From positions 448,001 through 512,000 of the forward strand of contig CBDANS010000007.1 in assembly GCA_965197745.1 (NCBI GenBank): DNA of 64,000 nt, read 5' to 3'. This stretch comes from Opitutales bacterium. Lineage in GTDB: Bacteria; Verrucomicrobiota; Verrucomicrobiia; Opitutales; PNEW01. Every line of letters starts with the position of its first letter. Within the stretch, counting starts at the first letter, position 1. Shown in pieces: positions 31,868-42,454 of the stretch. Under the pieces are notes generated by a model, which did no database searches, was not told where the DNA came from, and saw nothing but the letters and a program-made list of their open reading frames with translations. The translations under genes and the position numbers were made by a program.

Positions 31868-32878
31868 TTAATTGGCTAAGATCACCTCTCGTCCCGACTG
31901 TGCCGATTTTTCACAGGTTTCATGAATTTCCATGACCCGCCGACCATGCAATTGTGGAATCGGCGTGTCGTCATCACCATTAATGATTGAAGCAATGAAT
32001 GCGGAAAACTCATCGAGAATACTGTTGCGCTCGGCAACCGGTTCCTCCTTCCATTTTCCTTCAGTGCCGATCCAAAAACCTGTTTTCTGTCCCTCTTCTC
32101 TTCCATACGCGATGCGGAACTTTGCCTGTCCGTTAGTGAAAAAGAAATCTGCGCCGTAATCGGTGACTCCCGTTCTCCAAGCCATACGGCAGATACTGGC
32201 AACGACACCACTTTTCCATCGTAAAAAAGCCATGGAGGTATCATCACAGGGTAATTCCTGGTAAGTAAAGGCTCCGAGTTGAGCACTGACGGTAGCAACA
32301 TCATCGCCGACAATCCACAAGAGGCGATCAATCATGTGGGTGCCGTCCATCAATCCCATGCCTCCCCCCAATTCGCGATCCAACATCCATTTCGGCCGAT
32401 CTTCAGGTTGATAAGGTTTATGCCAGATATCATAGACCATGAGGAGATCTCCCAGTCGTCTGGATTCAACCAGTTCTTTCATCTTTTTTACTACCGGCAT
32501 GTAGCGTTGGGTATGGGCAGTCATTAATTTCACCTCATTTGTCTTTGCTGCCGCCAGCATCTCGTCACACTCGGTAAGCGATATGGCCATGGGTTTTTCC
32601 AGATAAATATGTTTACCCGCGTTGGCAGCGTCGATGGCAGCCTGTTTGTGCAGCCAGTGGGGGAGAGCAGCAACGACAACCTGGACATCATTGCGATTAA
32701 GGGTCTCCTTGTAGTCGGAAACAATATCAATATGGGGGTACTTCTCTCTTATCGGAGTGGAAAATTCGCTGCGCGGCTCCGCTACGACTTTAATATCTGC
32801 TCCTTGAGTCTGCTCGATGATATTAATGTAATTACCACCTATACGACCTGTGCCTAACAGTGCGATGCCTATGCTCAC
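31868..32878 (-). CDS. Gfo/Idh/MocA family oxidoreductase
   Basis: GTGRIG, GKHIYLEKP, GGG.MDGTHMID. Confidence 0.92.
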   Translation of the reverse strand: MSIGIALLGTGRIGGNYINIIEQTQGADIKVVAEPRSEFSTPIREKYPHIDIVSDYKETLNRNDVQVVVAALPHWLHKQAAIDAANAGKHIYLEKPMAISLTECDEMLAAAKTNEVKLMTAHTQRYMPVVKKMKELVESRRLGDLLMVYDIWHKPYQPEDRPKWMLDRELGGGMGLMDGTHMIDRLLWIVGDDVATVSAQLGAFTYQELPCDDTSMAFLRWKSGVVASICRMAWRTGVTDYGADFFFTNGQAKFRIAYGREEGQKTGFWIGTEGKWKEEPVAERNSILDEFSAFIASIINGDDDTPIPQLHGRRVMEIHETCEKSAQSGREVILAN

Positions 32879-32973
32879 TTATCCCTTTGTTTTAACATTT
32901 TTATTAACTTAATTATGATGCGGAAAAATAAATGACTTAAATAGAATGTAAAACGATCTTCGATGAGAAATTT

Positions 32974-34578
32974 TTATAGAACTTTAAAAGAATATAAATT
33001 CCCACCCTTATTAATTTTAAATTGCAGACGAATGGCTGCATCGGGTGATGACCCATTATCTATTTCGGTCATCTGCTTTAAAGTTTTACCTTTAAAACGA
33101 ATCAGATTGTTCGTGGAATTATTGTTAACTGTTTCAACACCTAAACCTTTCTCTGATCCATTAAGCACAGTTACTTTAATAGGACCATTGCTATTTATAT
33201 AGAGATCATTTCCAACAAACTTAAGTGGTTTTGTTGTTAATAATCCACCGTTCACGGAAACGAAACCGTCAATGCGTAAGCGAGCACGAAAAATTCCACC
33301 CCCAGTAACTCGAATTTCTCTAGGTTGATTTTTACCGTATGAAGAGCAACCATAGTAGTAAATCAATTCATTGCCAATGCGAAGCGGTCCCTGACTGAAC
33401 AGAGTTATATATCCACCATCATTGCGTCCACTATTTCCTCCTTCAGGACCATTAGGTATAAAGACCTCTGGCACTCCATCATCATTATTGAATTGGACTT
33501 TCTTCCAATGCAATCCGTCATGACTGATTACAAGTTTTAGAAATGCACAGCCAGCCGAAGAATAGGAATAATCATCTTTATCGTGCCAGATTTTTAGACC
33601 CCCTAACCACAACGATTCATAAAGCCAAGCGGTAGAGATATAATATTCATCGTGAGGCAAATCACCGTTCACGGTTTCAGCGGGTGGCACCAGGTCTATA
33701 TATTTTATCCGATCTAAATCAACAGGTTGATTGAGACGGTCAACAAAATGATATGCACGAGACCTTAACCCGTTTCCTTCTACAGGATTACCCTCGCCCG
33801 TATAATCTCCCTGGTAAAAATCACGGTAAAACCTAATTGATGCGAGATAACGATTCGATATTGAATCATAATTAAATATGGTCGCGTCCCCTGCTCCGAC
33901 GAGGGACTTGCCATTCTGCACGATACTTCGCTTTAAATAGGGGATTATCTTTTGGCCCCTTTCCCAATTTTTACCATCGCGAGATCGCACATAATAGCTA
34001 CCCTCCCTTTCGTAACCCCAGTTAGCAAACCAAACCCAACCTTTATAAGGGTATAGATCATCCTTGGTATCGTAATAACAAGAGAATAAATCATTGTTGG
34101 TAGCATAGGTGCCTGATTCTTCATCCAGAAAAAAATCACGAGACTTCGGAAAAACCGTCTCAGAAACTCCATTATCTCCCTTAATCCAGTGGATTCCGTC
34201 AGATGAAGTAAATCTCATACACCGCGCTTTGTCCCATCGCTTTAAAGTCGGAGCATACCCCCCTGCAAACATTATATATTTATTTAACTTCGGATCATAA
34301 ACGATAGTTCCTCCAGCTCCAAGTGTTGCATTATAGTCACCAAATTCATCATCGAGCTCAATAACAGGAAAGTTTCCCCCATTGTCCTTAATTGGCTGGT
34401 GGAGTGTGCGCTTTAGATTTTTTTGTGAATCAATTAAATAGTCGTCGATAAATAATTGAGCTACTCCATTGGAAATAACAATTGGATCTTCAGCTAGTAA
34501 TATTTCCATATTGAGTCCATTAATACATAGCAAAAGGAAAGTAGAAGTTATAACCTTTTTAATAAGCTTATTAATCAT
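32974..34578 (-). CDS. Secreted hypothetical beta-propeller glycoside-hydrolase-like protein
   Basis: Likely start MINKL at 34578; QLFIDDYLI, SSDGIHW, SRDGKNW, SHDGLHW, RLRIDGFVS; AT-rich. Confidence 0.55.
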   Translation of the reverse strand: MINKLIKKVITSTFLLLCINGLNMEILLAEDPIVISNGVAQLFIDDYLIDSQKNLKRTLHQPIKDNGGNFPVIELDDEFGDYNATLGAGGTIVYDPKLNKYIMFAGGYAPTLKRWDKARCMRFTSSDGIHWIKGDNGVSETVFPKSRDFFLDEESGTYATNNDLFSCYYDTKDDLYPYKGWVWFANWGYEREGSYYVRSRDGKNWERGQKIIPYLKRSIVQNGKSLVGAGDATIFNYDSISNRYLASIRFYRDFYQGDYTGEGNPVEGNGLRSRAYHFVDRLNQPVDLDRIKYIDLVPPAETVNGDLPHDEYYISTAWLYESLWLGGLKIWHDKDDYSYSSAGCAFLKLVISHDGLHWKKVQFNNDDGVPEVFIPNGPEGGNSGRNDGGYITLFSQGPLRIGNELIYYYGCSSYGKNQPREIRVTGGGIFRARLRIDGFVSVNGGLLTTKPLKFVGNDLYINSNGPIKVTVLNGSEKGLGVETVNNNSTNNLIRFKGKTLKQMTEIDNGSSPDAAIRLQFKINKGGNLYSFKVL

Positions 34579-34643
34579 TAGTTTTGAGTAACCTAATTGA
34601 TTATTAGTAGAATTAAGTGGTAAAAGCAGAACGGGAAATTGCT

Positions 34644-35468
34644 TTATGTGAACCATAATCGCATGGCCGTTTCTCCCAGGATTGCCTCTTTCTCTGATGG
34701 TGAAAGTTCCAAATGATCGTTAAAGATTTCGAGATGCTGTTCATAGCTTACTTTTGGAATCCATAGCGAGGTGGGAAAATCACTTCCCCACAGGCATCGC
34801 TCAGGAGTATACGTGTCGATAACGCTTCTTATCACAGCGTGCATATCGCGACAGGGAAAAGCTTCATCTGAACCGGAGACGAGAAAAGATAACTTGGCGT
34901 AAATATTATTATACTGTGCTAAATCCAACACTGTTTTTAAGTTTTCAGATTGCTGTGCATCTGACGCTTTAAGATTGGCACAATGGTCGAGAACCACGGG
35001 GACTTCAGGAAATGCGGAAAGCATCTTTGCCAGTGATCGGCAATTCGGAGGGTCGAGCAGGGCGCAAATAATCATCCCCCATTTTTGCGCCGCTTTCCAA
35101 ATATGGTTGTGTTCTTCAATCACCGTTCCATCGGTATGCCAGCCGACTGAAACACGATTGCCCCGGACACCTGAAGACGAGGCTTTTTCAAGGAGATCAA
35201 TAGAACCCGGATCAAAGGGATCAACATTCAGAACACCGGTCATCCAGCTCTGATGATCCCGCACGGTGTCAAGAATAAGCCGGTTATCATGCTTATATGT
35301 TGAAAATGTTTGGACCGCAACAATCCGTTCAATGTCATTGGCCTGTTTTTCATTTATAAGATCTTCAACGGTCCCACGACCGACCGGTGGTAAATAAGGC
35401 TTAGCAATCCGGGGGTACTTTACCGTATCTTCAGAGTATATATGCGCGTGGGTGTCTATAATAGTCAT
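34644..35468 (-). CDS. Amidohydrolase_2 family protein (sugar lactonase-like)
   Basis: IDTHAH, VLDHC, YAKLS, LWGSDFP. Confidence 0.88.
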   Translation of the reverse strand: MTIIDTHAHIYSEDTVKYPRIAKPYLPPVGRGTVEDLINEKQANDIERIVAVQTFSTYKHDNRLILDTVRDHQSWMTGVLNVDPFDPGSIDLLEKASSSGVRGNRVSVGWHTDGTVIEEHNHIWKAAQKWGMIICALLDPPNCRSLAKMLSAFPEVPVVLDHCANLKASDAQQSENLKTVLDLAQYNNIYAKLSFLVSGSDEAFPCRDMHAVIRSVIDTYTPERCLWGSDFPTSLWIPKVSYEQHLEIFNDHLELSPSEKEAILGETAMRLWFT

Positions 35469-35482
35469 GAGTGATTATGAGA

Positions 35483-35984
35483 ATCTTCGTCTGCCTATTC
35501 GTCTTTCTCTATCTCCCTATTGTCATTGCGAGGATCCCGCGGACGCGGGAGACGCGGCAATCCAGGCAAATAATCATTTTGCTTGCGAATACCATTCTCC
35601 GCTAAAATCTTTCCAATGAGGGTTCATCTTTTCTATTAAAGCAATTTTTGTTTTTCTAGATCCGGCTTTTATTTGCTTTTCACGTGCAATTGCATTCTGA
35701 ATATCATTTTAGGCTTCGAGATAGACCAATCTCTGTATCCCGTATTTATTTGTGAAACCTTCCTTTATTTTATTTTTATGTTCCCATACGCGACGTAATA
35801 GACTGCGTGTGACTCCCGTGTAAAGTGTTCCGTTACGCTTATTAGCCAGGATGTAAACATAATATACATTGCTCACATATATTAAATACGGTATATCTAT
35901 GATAATGGTTAATTCTATATTTCTGGATTGCCGCGTCGCGTTGCTCCTCGCAATGACAATAGGGAGTTAGAGGCAGACGAAGAT
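35483..35984. mobile_element. 502-bp inverted-repeat-bounded element carrying a GIY-YIG nuclease gene
   Basis: Three perfect inverted-repeat blocks: ATCTTCGTCTGCCT (35483-35496/35971-35984), CTCCCTATTGTCATTGCGAGGA (35513-35534/35945-35966) and GACGCGGCAATCCAG (35551-35565/35923-35937). Mobility itself is inferred. Confidence 0.65.
35574..35876 (-). pseudogene. Small GIY-YIG nuclease (~100 aa) with in-frame TAA at codon 56; missed by the ORF track
   Basis: Manual translation: VSNVYYVYILANKRNGTLYTGVTRSLLRRVWEHKNKIKEGFTNKYGIQRLVYLEA*NDIQNAIAREKQIKAGSRKTKIALIEKMNPHWKDFSGEWYSQAK. Stop at 35709-35711. Confidence 0.88.
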
Positions 35985-36011
35985 ATACTACTTATATTAT
36001 TATCATTTCAC

Positions 36012-36161
36012 TTACTTTTCATCGCTATCAATATCTTTAAGTTTTCTGAATAATTTTTTTAAATCAAAATACCCGCCAATTGATACCCACAGGGCCATAA
36101 TACAGAAAATAACAACGGCGATTATAAAAACCGCTTTCCAAAGAATTATCCAGAATTCCAT
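36012..36161 (-). CDS. Small single-TM protein downstream of an SSS transporter (possible accessory subunit)
   Basis: GAGGAG RBS before the ATG at 36161; MEFWIILWKAVFII...GGYFDLKKLF. Confidence 0.6.
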   Translation of the reverse strand: MEFWIILWKAVFIIAVVIFCIMALWVSIGGYFDLKKLFRKLKDIDSDEK

Positions 36162-36183
36162 TTGTTTCTCCTCATATAGTTTA

Positions 36184-37731
36184 TCATTTATTGTTTTCCA
36201 GGGTATCTCTATCTGGAAATAAGAGTGAGCCAATGATCATCGCTATGAATGTCAAAGCGATCGTAAAGAGTCCCACTTGAGCTCCAGTCAATCCCTCTAA
36301 ACCGATGGTGTTTCTCACGGGTTCCAGTCCAAATATAGCGAAGAATCCGCAGAGGAGCGCGAGAACAGCGCCCGTGGAACTGGCGCGTTTCCAATAGAGA
36401 CCGCCGACCAGTAAGGCAAAAGCACCGGTAAAGTATACGGCACCGGTAACTACCAGATAATCCCAGATATCATCTTTGCCTTTATAGACCAGACCCCAAT
36501 AGAGGATATAGCCTCCTATTAATACGATAAAAATACGGGTTAACCGTATACGCGTGGTATTGATCAATTCACGCCGGCACAGGGGCACGATGATATCCTG
36601 GGTGATCACCGAACTCCAACACAATAGATAGCTGTCATGCGTGGACATAAAGGCGGCAATCATCGCCGCAGTGATAAACCCGATTACTCCTGCGGGTAAA
36701 ATGCGCCCGAGGAATACAGGCATGGCATATAAATTATCGATGGGTTCTCCATTGCCGGCTTCAGGGAAAAAAAGTTCATTCAATTCCGGGGCCTCGGTTA
36801 AGATAAAAACGAATGCCGCTATGCCCCAAAAGTAAGGAATGAGAAAGCGGATTAAATAAGCGACTGATGACCACATATACTGAACCTTTACCGCTTCCGG
36901 GCTTTCCATGGCCAGGGCTCGAGCTACCGCGGCCGGCCATACCGCGCATGCGATCAAACCGAGAAAACCCATCCAAATAATATAATCTATGCCAAAGGTC
37001 CCTTCCGCGAGGACAGGGTTAAACCCTTTTTCCCCCATTTGGATAGCGACGGTATCAAAAATATTCTGCCACCCGAGATGATACAAAATCAACACGGTGG
37101 CAAAAAGTAATCCAAATGATAAAACTACAAACTGGATATAATCGGTTACAACCACGGAAATCATACCGCCGAGAACAGTATAGATCAAGACGAGGACGAG
37201 TAAAACGATCATCACCATGGGCAGAGCCCAACCGGTTGCAGACATTCCGGTGATACCGACGATAAACATCGACCCCACTTTTAAAAACATCCCCATATTT
37301 AATATCCCCCCCAGGGCCAGCATGATGCCACCGAGGATCCGCGTCTTCCGTCCGAAGCGCAGATCGTAGAACTCCGGGATCGTCAAAACCTTCAATTTTC
37401 GGAGGCGATATACAATCAGTCCTGTGGCGCCGACAATGAAAGTTCCCAATGCCGCCATAACCGCAATGTGAAAAGCGGCAAACCCTCCGGTGAATCCTTT
37501 CTGAGAACTGTACATGACCGTAACCAGCCCGGTCTCTGTTCCCGCCAGGGTTGCGACACCGAGTCTCGTGCCGAGCGCTCTGCCGGCGCCGATGTAACTG
37601 GTCATGTTCGTGGCAAAGCGTTTTACGAGAAGGCCGATGACGAGAGAGAGGGATAGATAAGCACCGACAATAACCCAATCAATGAGGGTAAAATTAGTCT
37701 GACTAAAAGCGTCTGAAAATGTTGATTCCAT
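36184..37731 (-). CDS. Sodium:solute symporter family transporter
   Basis: Likely start MESTF at 37731; TIPEFY..RFG, YTVLGGMISVVVTDYIQF, AAFMSTHDS. Confidence 0.9.
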   Translation of the reverse strand: MESTFSDAFSQTNFTLIDWVIVGAYLSLSLVIGLLVKRFATNMTSYIGAGRALGTRLGVATLAGTETGLVTVMYSSQKGFTGGFAAFHIAVMAALGTFIVGATGLIVYRLRKLKVLTIPEFYDLRFGRKTRILGGIMLALGGILNMGMFLKVGSMFIVGITGMSATGWALPMVMIVLLVLVLIYTVLGGMISVVVTDYIQFVVLSFGLLFATVLILYHLGWQNIFDTVAIQMGEKGFNPVLAEGTFGIDYIIWMGFLGLIACAVWPAAVARALAMESPEAVKVQYMWSSVAYLIRFLIPYFWGIAAFVFILTEAPELNELFFPEAGNGEPIDNLYAMPVFLGRILPAGVIGFITAAMIAAFMSTHDSYLLCWSSVITQDIIVPLCRRELINTTRIRLTRIFIVLIGGYILYWGLVYKGKDDIWDYLVVTGAVYFTGAFALLVGGLYWKRASSTGAVLALLCGFFAIFGLEPVRNTIGLEGLTGAQVGLFTIALTFIAMIIGSLLFPDRDTLENNK

Positions 37732-37864
37732 GATCGGTATTACCTGCTTGTGAAGGTCACTCTCATAAATACATTTCCATAGATCAAGCAGACTTACCAA
37801 GCAGCATGTTCAACACGGTTGTAAAGAACATGCGCTCTTCGTGAAGTGAAGTTTAACACAATCT

Positions 37865-38818
37865 TCAGCTTCTGAAAGCGGGAGGGTTAGAAGAAAATCC
37901 CAGGAGGTAACGGAGGGTAGGAGAAAAACGCTCTGCCATTTTTTTCGGGATCGTGGGCCTGAAATCGGTGAACGGTTTAATCCAGGAGCGGCAGTAGTAT
38001 CCAAGAATGGCGCGACGCGGTTTATCTGTCGTATTTGATCCCGAGCGATGCCAGGTATTAGAGAGCCATATAGCCACTGATCCGGCGGGCGCGGTAAGAA
38101 TTACATCTTCCTCATTTAACGCTTCTCCCCATACCGGTTTTTTTCTTCGAAGGTGGCTGCGGGGGACGACATGGGTTGCTCCGTTTTCTTCGGTAAAATC
38201 ATCAAGCATCCATACGTTTTGCACGGTGAGAGGAAAATGGGGGAGGGGTTCTTCCAACTGACCGAGGGGAACATCCACGTGCCAGGCACCGCCTTCTTTG
38301 GCCTGAGGTCCAATACTGTTAACACTGAGGTCGGATAGGATACAATCATTGTCCAATACCCCTCTGACCAGTTCTAAGACAATTGGGTTTTCGATCAATC
38401 TGCCAAATAAGTCTGATTTGCTCGGTAGATTCATTATCCGTTGAGATTTATCTTCATCAAAAAAAAGTGGGAGGTGCATGAATAATTTCATTACCTGTTT
38501 GATGGGAACCGGCCAGGGGGTGTCATAGTTTTGCGCGCGTGTGTGGCGCACTCGTTTCATAATCCTGGCTAATTCGTTTTTACTTATCGTGTAATTTTTT
38601 GCATAAAAAGCTTCGATCTCTGCATCATCCGCGTGAGCGGGACCGTCTTCAGGTGCGTAGGGTGACTCCCGTTCCCGCGCAAGCAGATCCTCCACTACTT
38701 CCCGATACTTTTCCAATTCATTTGCTTCAAGTATTCCCTCAAACACAACATAGCCCTGCTCCGAAAGCTGCGTGTGTGCCGCATTCAAATCGAATTTGGA
38801 ACTTATTTTCGATCCCAT
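37865..38818 (-). CDS. PhyH-family Fe(II)/2OG dioxygenase
   Basis: WHVD, LDDFTEENGAT.VVPRSH, WHRSGSN, RRAIL. Confidence 0.9.
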   Translation of the reverse strand: MGSKISSKFDLNAAHTQLSEQGYVVFEGILEANELEKYREVVEDLLARERESPYAPEDGPAHADDAEIEAFYAKNYTISKNELARIMKRVRHTRAQNYDTPWPVPIKQVMKLFMHLPLFFDEDKSQRIMNLPSKSDLFGRLIENPIVLELVRGVLDNDCILSDLSVNSIGPQAKEGGAWHVDVPLGQLEEPLPHFPLTVQNVWMLDDFTEENGATHVVPRSHLRRKKPVWGEALNEEDVILTAPAGSVAIWLSNTWHRSGSNTTDKPRRAILGYYCRSWIKPFTDFRPTIPKKMAERFSPTLRYLLGFSSNPPAFRS

Positions 38819-39042
38819 TAGATAATGCTAATTTTCAATAAAGTTTTAATATATACAGTCTTTAATAAGACAAGCCCGTCATTTTAATTTGCCTTTAATG
38901 ATATAACACATTGCCTTCCCCCTATTGATGAAATGCGAATAAAGGTTAATAGATCAAGAAATTATAATACTTCCAGGAATATTCCAATAACCAGGCACTA
39001 AGCGGGAACAGGTTTACGTCAATTAGAAAGTAATATATAACA

Positions 39043-40566
39043 ATGGATGGTTTAGCCGGATTCAGTGAATTAAACTATTGTATACTGATTGTATACTTCG
39101 GCGTGTTATTCAGCATTGGTCTGTTCCTCGCAAAAAAACAGCGAAGCACCGAAGATTACTTTTTAGCTGGCAGAAACATGCCCTGGTTATTTGTCGCGAT
39201 GAGTATGCTGGCCTCGCTTACCAGCGCTGTTTCCTACATGGGCGTTCCCGGGACCTCTTATGCTGAGAATATCTCTTATATTTTTGCCGCTCCGATGGCA
39301 CTTATAACGGCTCCCATCGTTATTTTCTTTTTCTTTCCACTCTACAGAAAATTTAAGATCACCACGACTTATGATTACATCCTGAAACGATTCGGTAAAG
39401 AGGCCCGCTATGTTGCATCCGGTCTGTTTTTGTTATCAACCCTGGGATGGATGGGCACGATTTTGTATGCTCCCGCCCTGGCCCTCAGCGTCGTTACCGG
39501 AATCAACTTATGGCTGGCCATTATCCTGATGGGACTGCTGACAACCGCTTACACCGTAATGGGGGGACTCCCTGCGGTTATTTGGACCGATGTGCTTCAG
39601 TTTCTTATTCTTGTCGGGGGTGCAATCTGGGTGTTCGTCAGTCTCCTGAATGGAGTCCCGGGTGGGTTCAGTCAGATTATTGAAATTGCCGGTGAAACCG
39701 ATCACCTTCGTGTCTTTGAATGGAAGTTGGATTTTAGCCGAATGAACGCTATAGCGGTAACTATCGCCTGGTTTTTCATTTCTATCCAGGCCTGGGGGAT
39801 CGGCCAGGTGTCGGTGCAACGCCTGCTCGCGGTTAAAACCTATGGGGGAGTGGCAAAAGCCCTAATCACAAATGGTATTTTCGAGACGATTATGTTAACT
39901 CTCCTTTTGTTCATCGGGATTGGCATGTTCGCCTATTTTCATATTTTTCCCGAGCGACTTGTTGAGGGCCTAGTTGGCGACCGTTTTCTTCCCTATTATA
40001 TTATTCACGCTCTACCCAATGGAGTTTCCGGGCTTCTTATAACTGCTATCTTCGCGGCAGCGATGTCGAGCATGGATTCCGCGGTCAATTCATCGGCTAC
40101 GGTGATCGTCAACGACTTTGTCAATCCGCTCAGTCGCAAACCGAGGACTGATCAGCAGGACTTAAAATTGGCGCGCATTCTTACCATTTGCTTCGGCATT
40201 TTCGCCGTCGGCGTAGCCTGTTATGTCTCCAGAATTGAAGGGGTGTTGAAAGCAATCAACATGATAGGCGGCTATTTCGGGGCACCTGCTACGGCTTTAT
40301 TTTTTCTCGGTATTTTCAGTCGACGAGCGAATTTTCAAGGATGGGTAGTGGCCACGCTGCTCATTGCCATGCCTTTTCAATTTTGGATACAAAACGTTGT
40401 AGATGTACATTGGATATATTATTCAACCTTGGGCCTTTTCGTCACGGTGATTACAACTTATCTCTTCAGTGTTATCGCTTCAGCTATCTGGCATATTCCA
40501 AAAGCTGAAGACCAATACACCATATGGGGCACGCGATTTTCATTTTCTGATTTTAAAGAAACCTGA
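39043..40566 (+). CDS. Sodium:solute symporter family transporter
   Basis: DYFLAGRNMPW, YTVMGGLPAVIWTDVLQF, VQRLL, AAAMSSMDS. Confidence 0.92.
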   Translation: MDGLAGFSELNYCILIVYFGVLFSIGLFLAKKQRSTEDYFLAGRNMPWLFVAMSMLASLTSAVSYMGVPGTSYAENISYIFAAPMALITAPIVIFFFFPLYRKFKITTTYDYILKRFGKEARYVASGLFLLSTLGWMGTILYAPALALSVVTGINLWLAIILMGLLTTAYTVMGGLPAVIWTDVLQFLILVGGAIWVFVSLLNGVPGGFSQIIEIAGETDHLRVFEWKLDFSRMNAIAVTIAWFFISIQAWGIGQVSVQRLLAVKTYGGVAKALITNGIFETIMLTLLLFIGIGMFAYFHIFPERLVEGLVGDRFLPYYIIHALPNGVSGLLITAIFAAAMSSMDSAVNSSATVIVNDFVNPLSRKPRTDQQDLKLARILTICFGIFAVGVACYVSRIEGVLKAINMIGGYFGAPATALFFLGIFSRRANFQGWVVATLLIAMPFQFWIQNVVDVHWIYYSTLGLFVTVITTYLFSVIASAIWHIPKAEDQYTIWGTRFSFSDFKET

Positions 40567-40613
40567 ACGACGATTAATATATAATCCTTATGTCGCGTGA
40601 ACCGGCCCGGGAA

Positions 40614-41462
40614 TTATTGATCTATATTCAAAAGAGCCATCGCTAATATTGCGATTGCAATACCTAAAGCGCTGCGCCTCGAGAGAGGCTCTTTAAAAAG
40701 GAAAATGGCAACCGATGTTGTAAAAAGCAAACCGCCGGCGCTAATGATAGGGAAGACAACGAAACCGGGAAACTGCTCCAGCGCTTTGAGTAAATAGACT
40801 GTTTGCAGGCAATTCGAGATACCAACCACCGTTGCGATTATTATTTCTGAAAATGTTGGTCGGTGTTTTCGCCTGAGGAGAATGAATATCGAGGCAAGAC
40901 TGGCGATCGAGAATGCCGATAAAACGAAGAAGGCAACTTCCTCAGGTTTCCCATAATATTTGAAGGCCTCTTGAGATGTTCTTGCTGACCCGGCTACGAA
41001 AAAGAACAGGAGCATCAGGAAAATTATCCGGGTAGGAACATCGGATCCCCTCATGCCTGTTTTTTTCTGTCCGATAAGAAGCAAAGAAAAAGTTCCAAAA
41101 CCGATTCCCAGGGCTTGCCAGAAAGATGGCCGTTCTCCCCAGAAAATAATGCCACAAAGAATGGGCATGAGCATGGCCAACCGGGAGGCAACGGCAGTTA
41201 AAGCTGCGCCTTTCCAGAACAACACGGGAATCAAGAGAAGATATCCCAGAAAGTAAAATATACCATTAATGGCGCCCAGGAAGGTGGCGTAAATACTGTA
41301 GGACTGGTAATCCGAGAAGAGGTAAAGCTGTGCCGCGAACACCGCGCTCGCGATATAACTTATGGCTCCAACTGTTATTAAATCTTCATCGCGTCCCTGC
41401 ACCCAGCGAAAGATGAGAATAAAAGTAGAACTGAAAATTATATTCAGAAAAAGATAGATCAA
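40614..41462 (-). CDS. DMT/EamA-family transporter
   Basis: About 10 TM helices; FWGERPS, FKEPLS; tandem paralog of 41514-42356; TTG start. Confidence 0.82.
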   Translation of the reverse strand: MIYLFLNIIFSSTFILIFRWVQGRDEDLITVGAISYIASAVFAAQLYLFSDYQSYSIYATFLGAINGIFYFLGYLLLIPVLFWKGAALTAVASRLAMLMPILCGIIFWGERPSFWQALGIGFGTFSLLLIGQKKTGMRGSDVPTRIIFLMLLFFFVAGSARTSQEAFKYYGKPEEVAFFVLSAFSIASLASIFILLRRKHRPTFSEIIIATVVGISNCLQTVYLLKALEQFPGFVVFPIISAGGLLFTTSVAIFLFKEPLSRRSALGIAIAILAMALLNIDQ

Positions 41463-41513
41463 GTGTCGCCCCGGATAATATTTATCACTTTAAGGTGAAA
41501 CAAATAGCTTCGG

Positions 41514-42356
41514 TCACATATTTAATAGCACCAGTGATATAATAGAGATTACGATAATCGCATAAGTAAGTGAAACTAATCTTTCCTTGAGAAAGAATCC
41601 CGCAAGACAAGTCGTAAACAAGAGGGAGCCGGCACTGGCTGCAGGAAAGACAATAAATCCGGGAAAGGATTCAAGAGATTTCAATAAAAAGACCAGTTGA
41701 ATATTGTTCACGCTTCCCAGGATGATGCCGGTTATTATCTCAGCGATCGAAGGGTGCTGCTGACGCAAAATCAAAATGATGATGGATGCGCTACCCGCAA
41801 TGAGAAAAGCCGTAAGGATATAAACCGGAAGTTCATTGGGGTTCCCCAGGTATTTAAAAGCCTCCTGTGAAGTCAGGGCGCTCCCTTCGATTAAAAACAC
41901 GCAACCCATGATGACCGCGATAATCGGGGGGACTTTTTTTCCAACGATCCCAACTTCCCTTTGGCCAATTAAAATTAGAGAGATGCAGGCAAGTGCGATG
42001 CCTGTGAATTGAACTGAAGTCGGTCTTTCTCCCCAAAATAGTATACCCGCCAATAACGGAAGGATCATGGCCAGCCTGGCCACTGCTGAGGTCAGGGCAG
42101 CTCCCTTCCAGGGGAGAATATAAATCGCGATAAAGAAGACGTTGATATAGCAAATTCCGTTGATCGCGCCGAGCAGGCATGAGATACCGCTGAAATTCGA
42201 TGGCTGCTTAAGGAGAAATAATATTACCGCAATGACGGCACAGGTGATGTAATTAACAGCTCCGATGTTGACGATATTATTTTTACGTTTCTGGGCCCAC
42301 CGAACAATAATGATGAAACACGAACTTAAAACGATATGGAGTATAAGATAGATCAA
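41514..42356 (-). CDS. DMT/EamA-family transporter
   Basis: About 10 TM helices; WKGAALTSAVARLAM, FWGERPT, FLKERL; TTG start. Confidence 0.82.
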   Translation of the reverse strand: MIYLILHIVLSSCFIIIVRWAQKRKNNIVNIGAVNYITCAVIAVILFLLKQPSNFSGISCLLGAINGICYINVFFIAIYILPWKGAALTSAVARLAMILPLLAGILFWGERPTSVQFTGIALACISLILIGQREVGIVGKKVPPIIAVIMGCVFLIEGSALTSQEAFKYLGNPNELPVYILTAFLIAGSASIIILILRQQHPSIAEIITGIILGSVNNIQLVFLLKSLESFPGFIVFPAASAGSLLFTTCLAGFFLKERLVSLTYAIIVISIISLVLLNM

Positions 42357-42454
42357 TCTCGTGAATGATAAGTTGATATTTATAGATTATCTATCTTGCT
42401 TTCATCGATTAATAAATAAGAATTTTTGTCTCGGCAGGTTAACCGTAATATATC

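Noticed and set aside
37055..37678. 207-aa alternative-frame ORF inside the SSS gene, and the many other nested or antisense ORFs in the track
   Set aside because: Fully contained in well-supported genes, Arg/Ser-rich shadow composition, no motifs.
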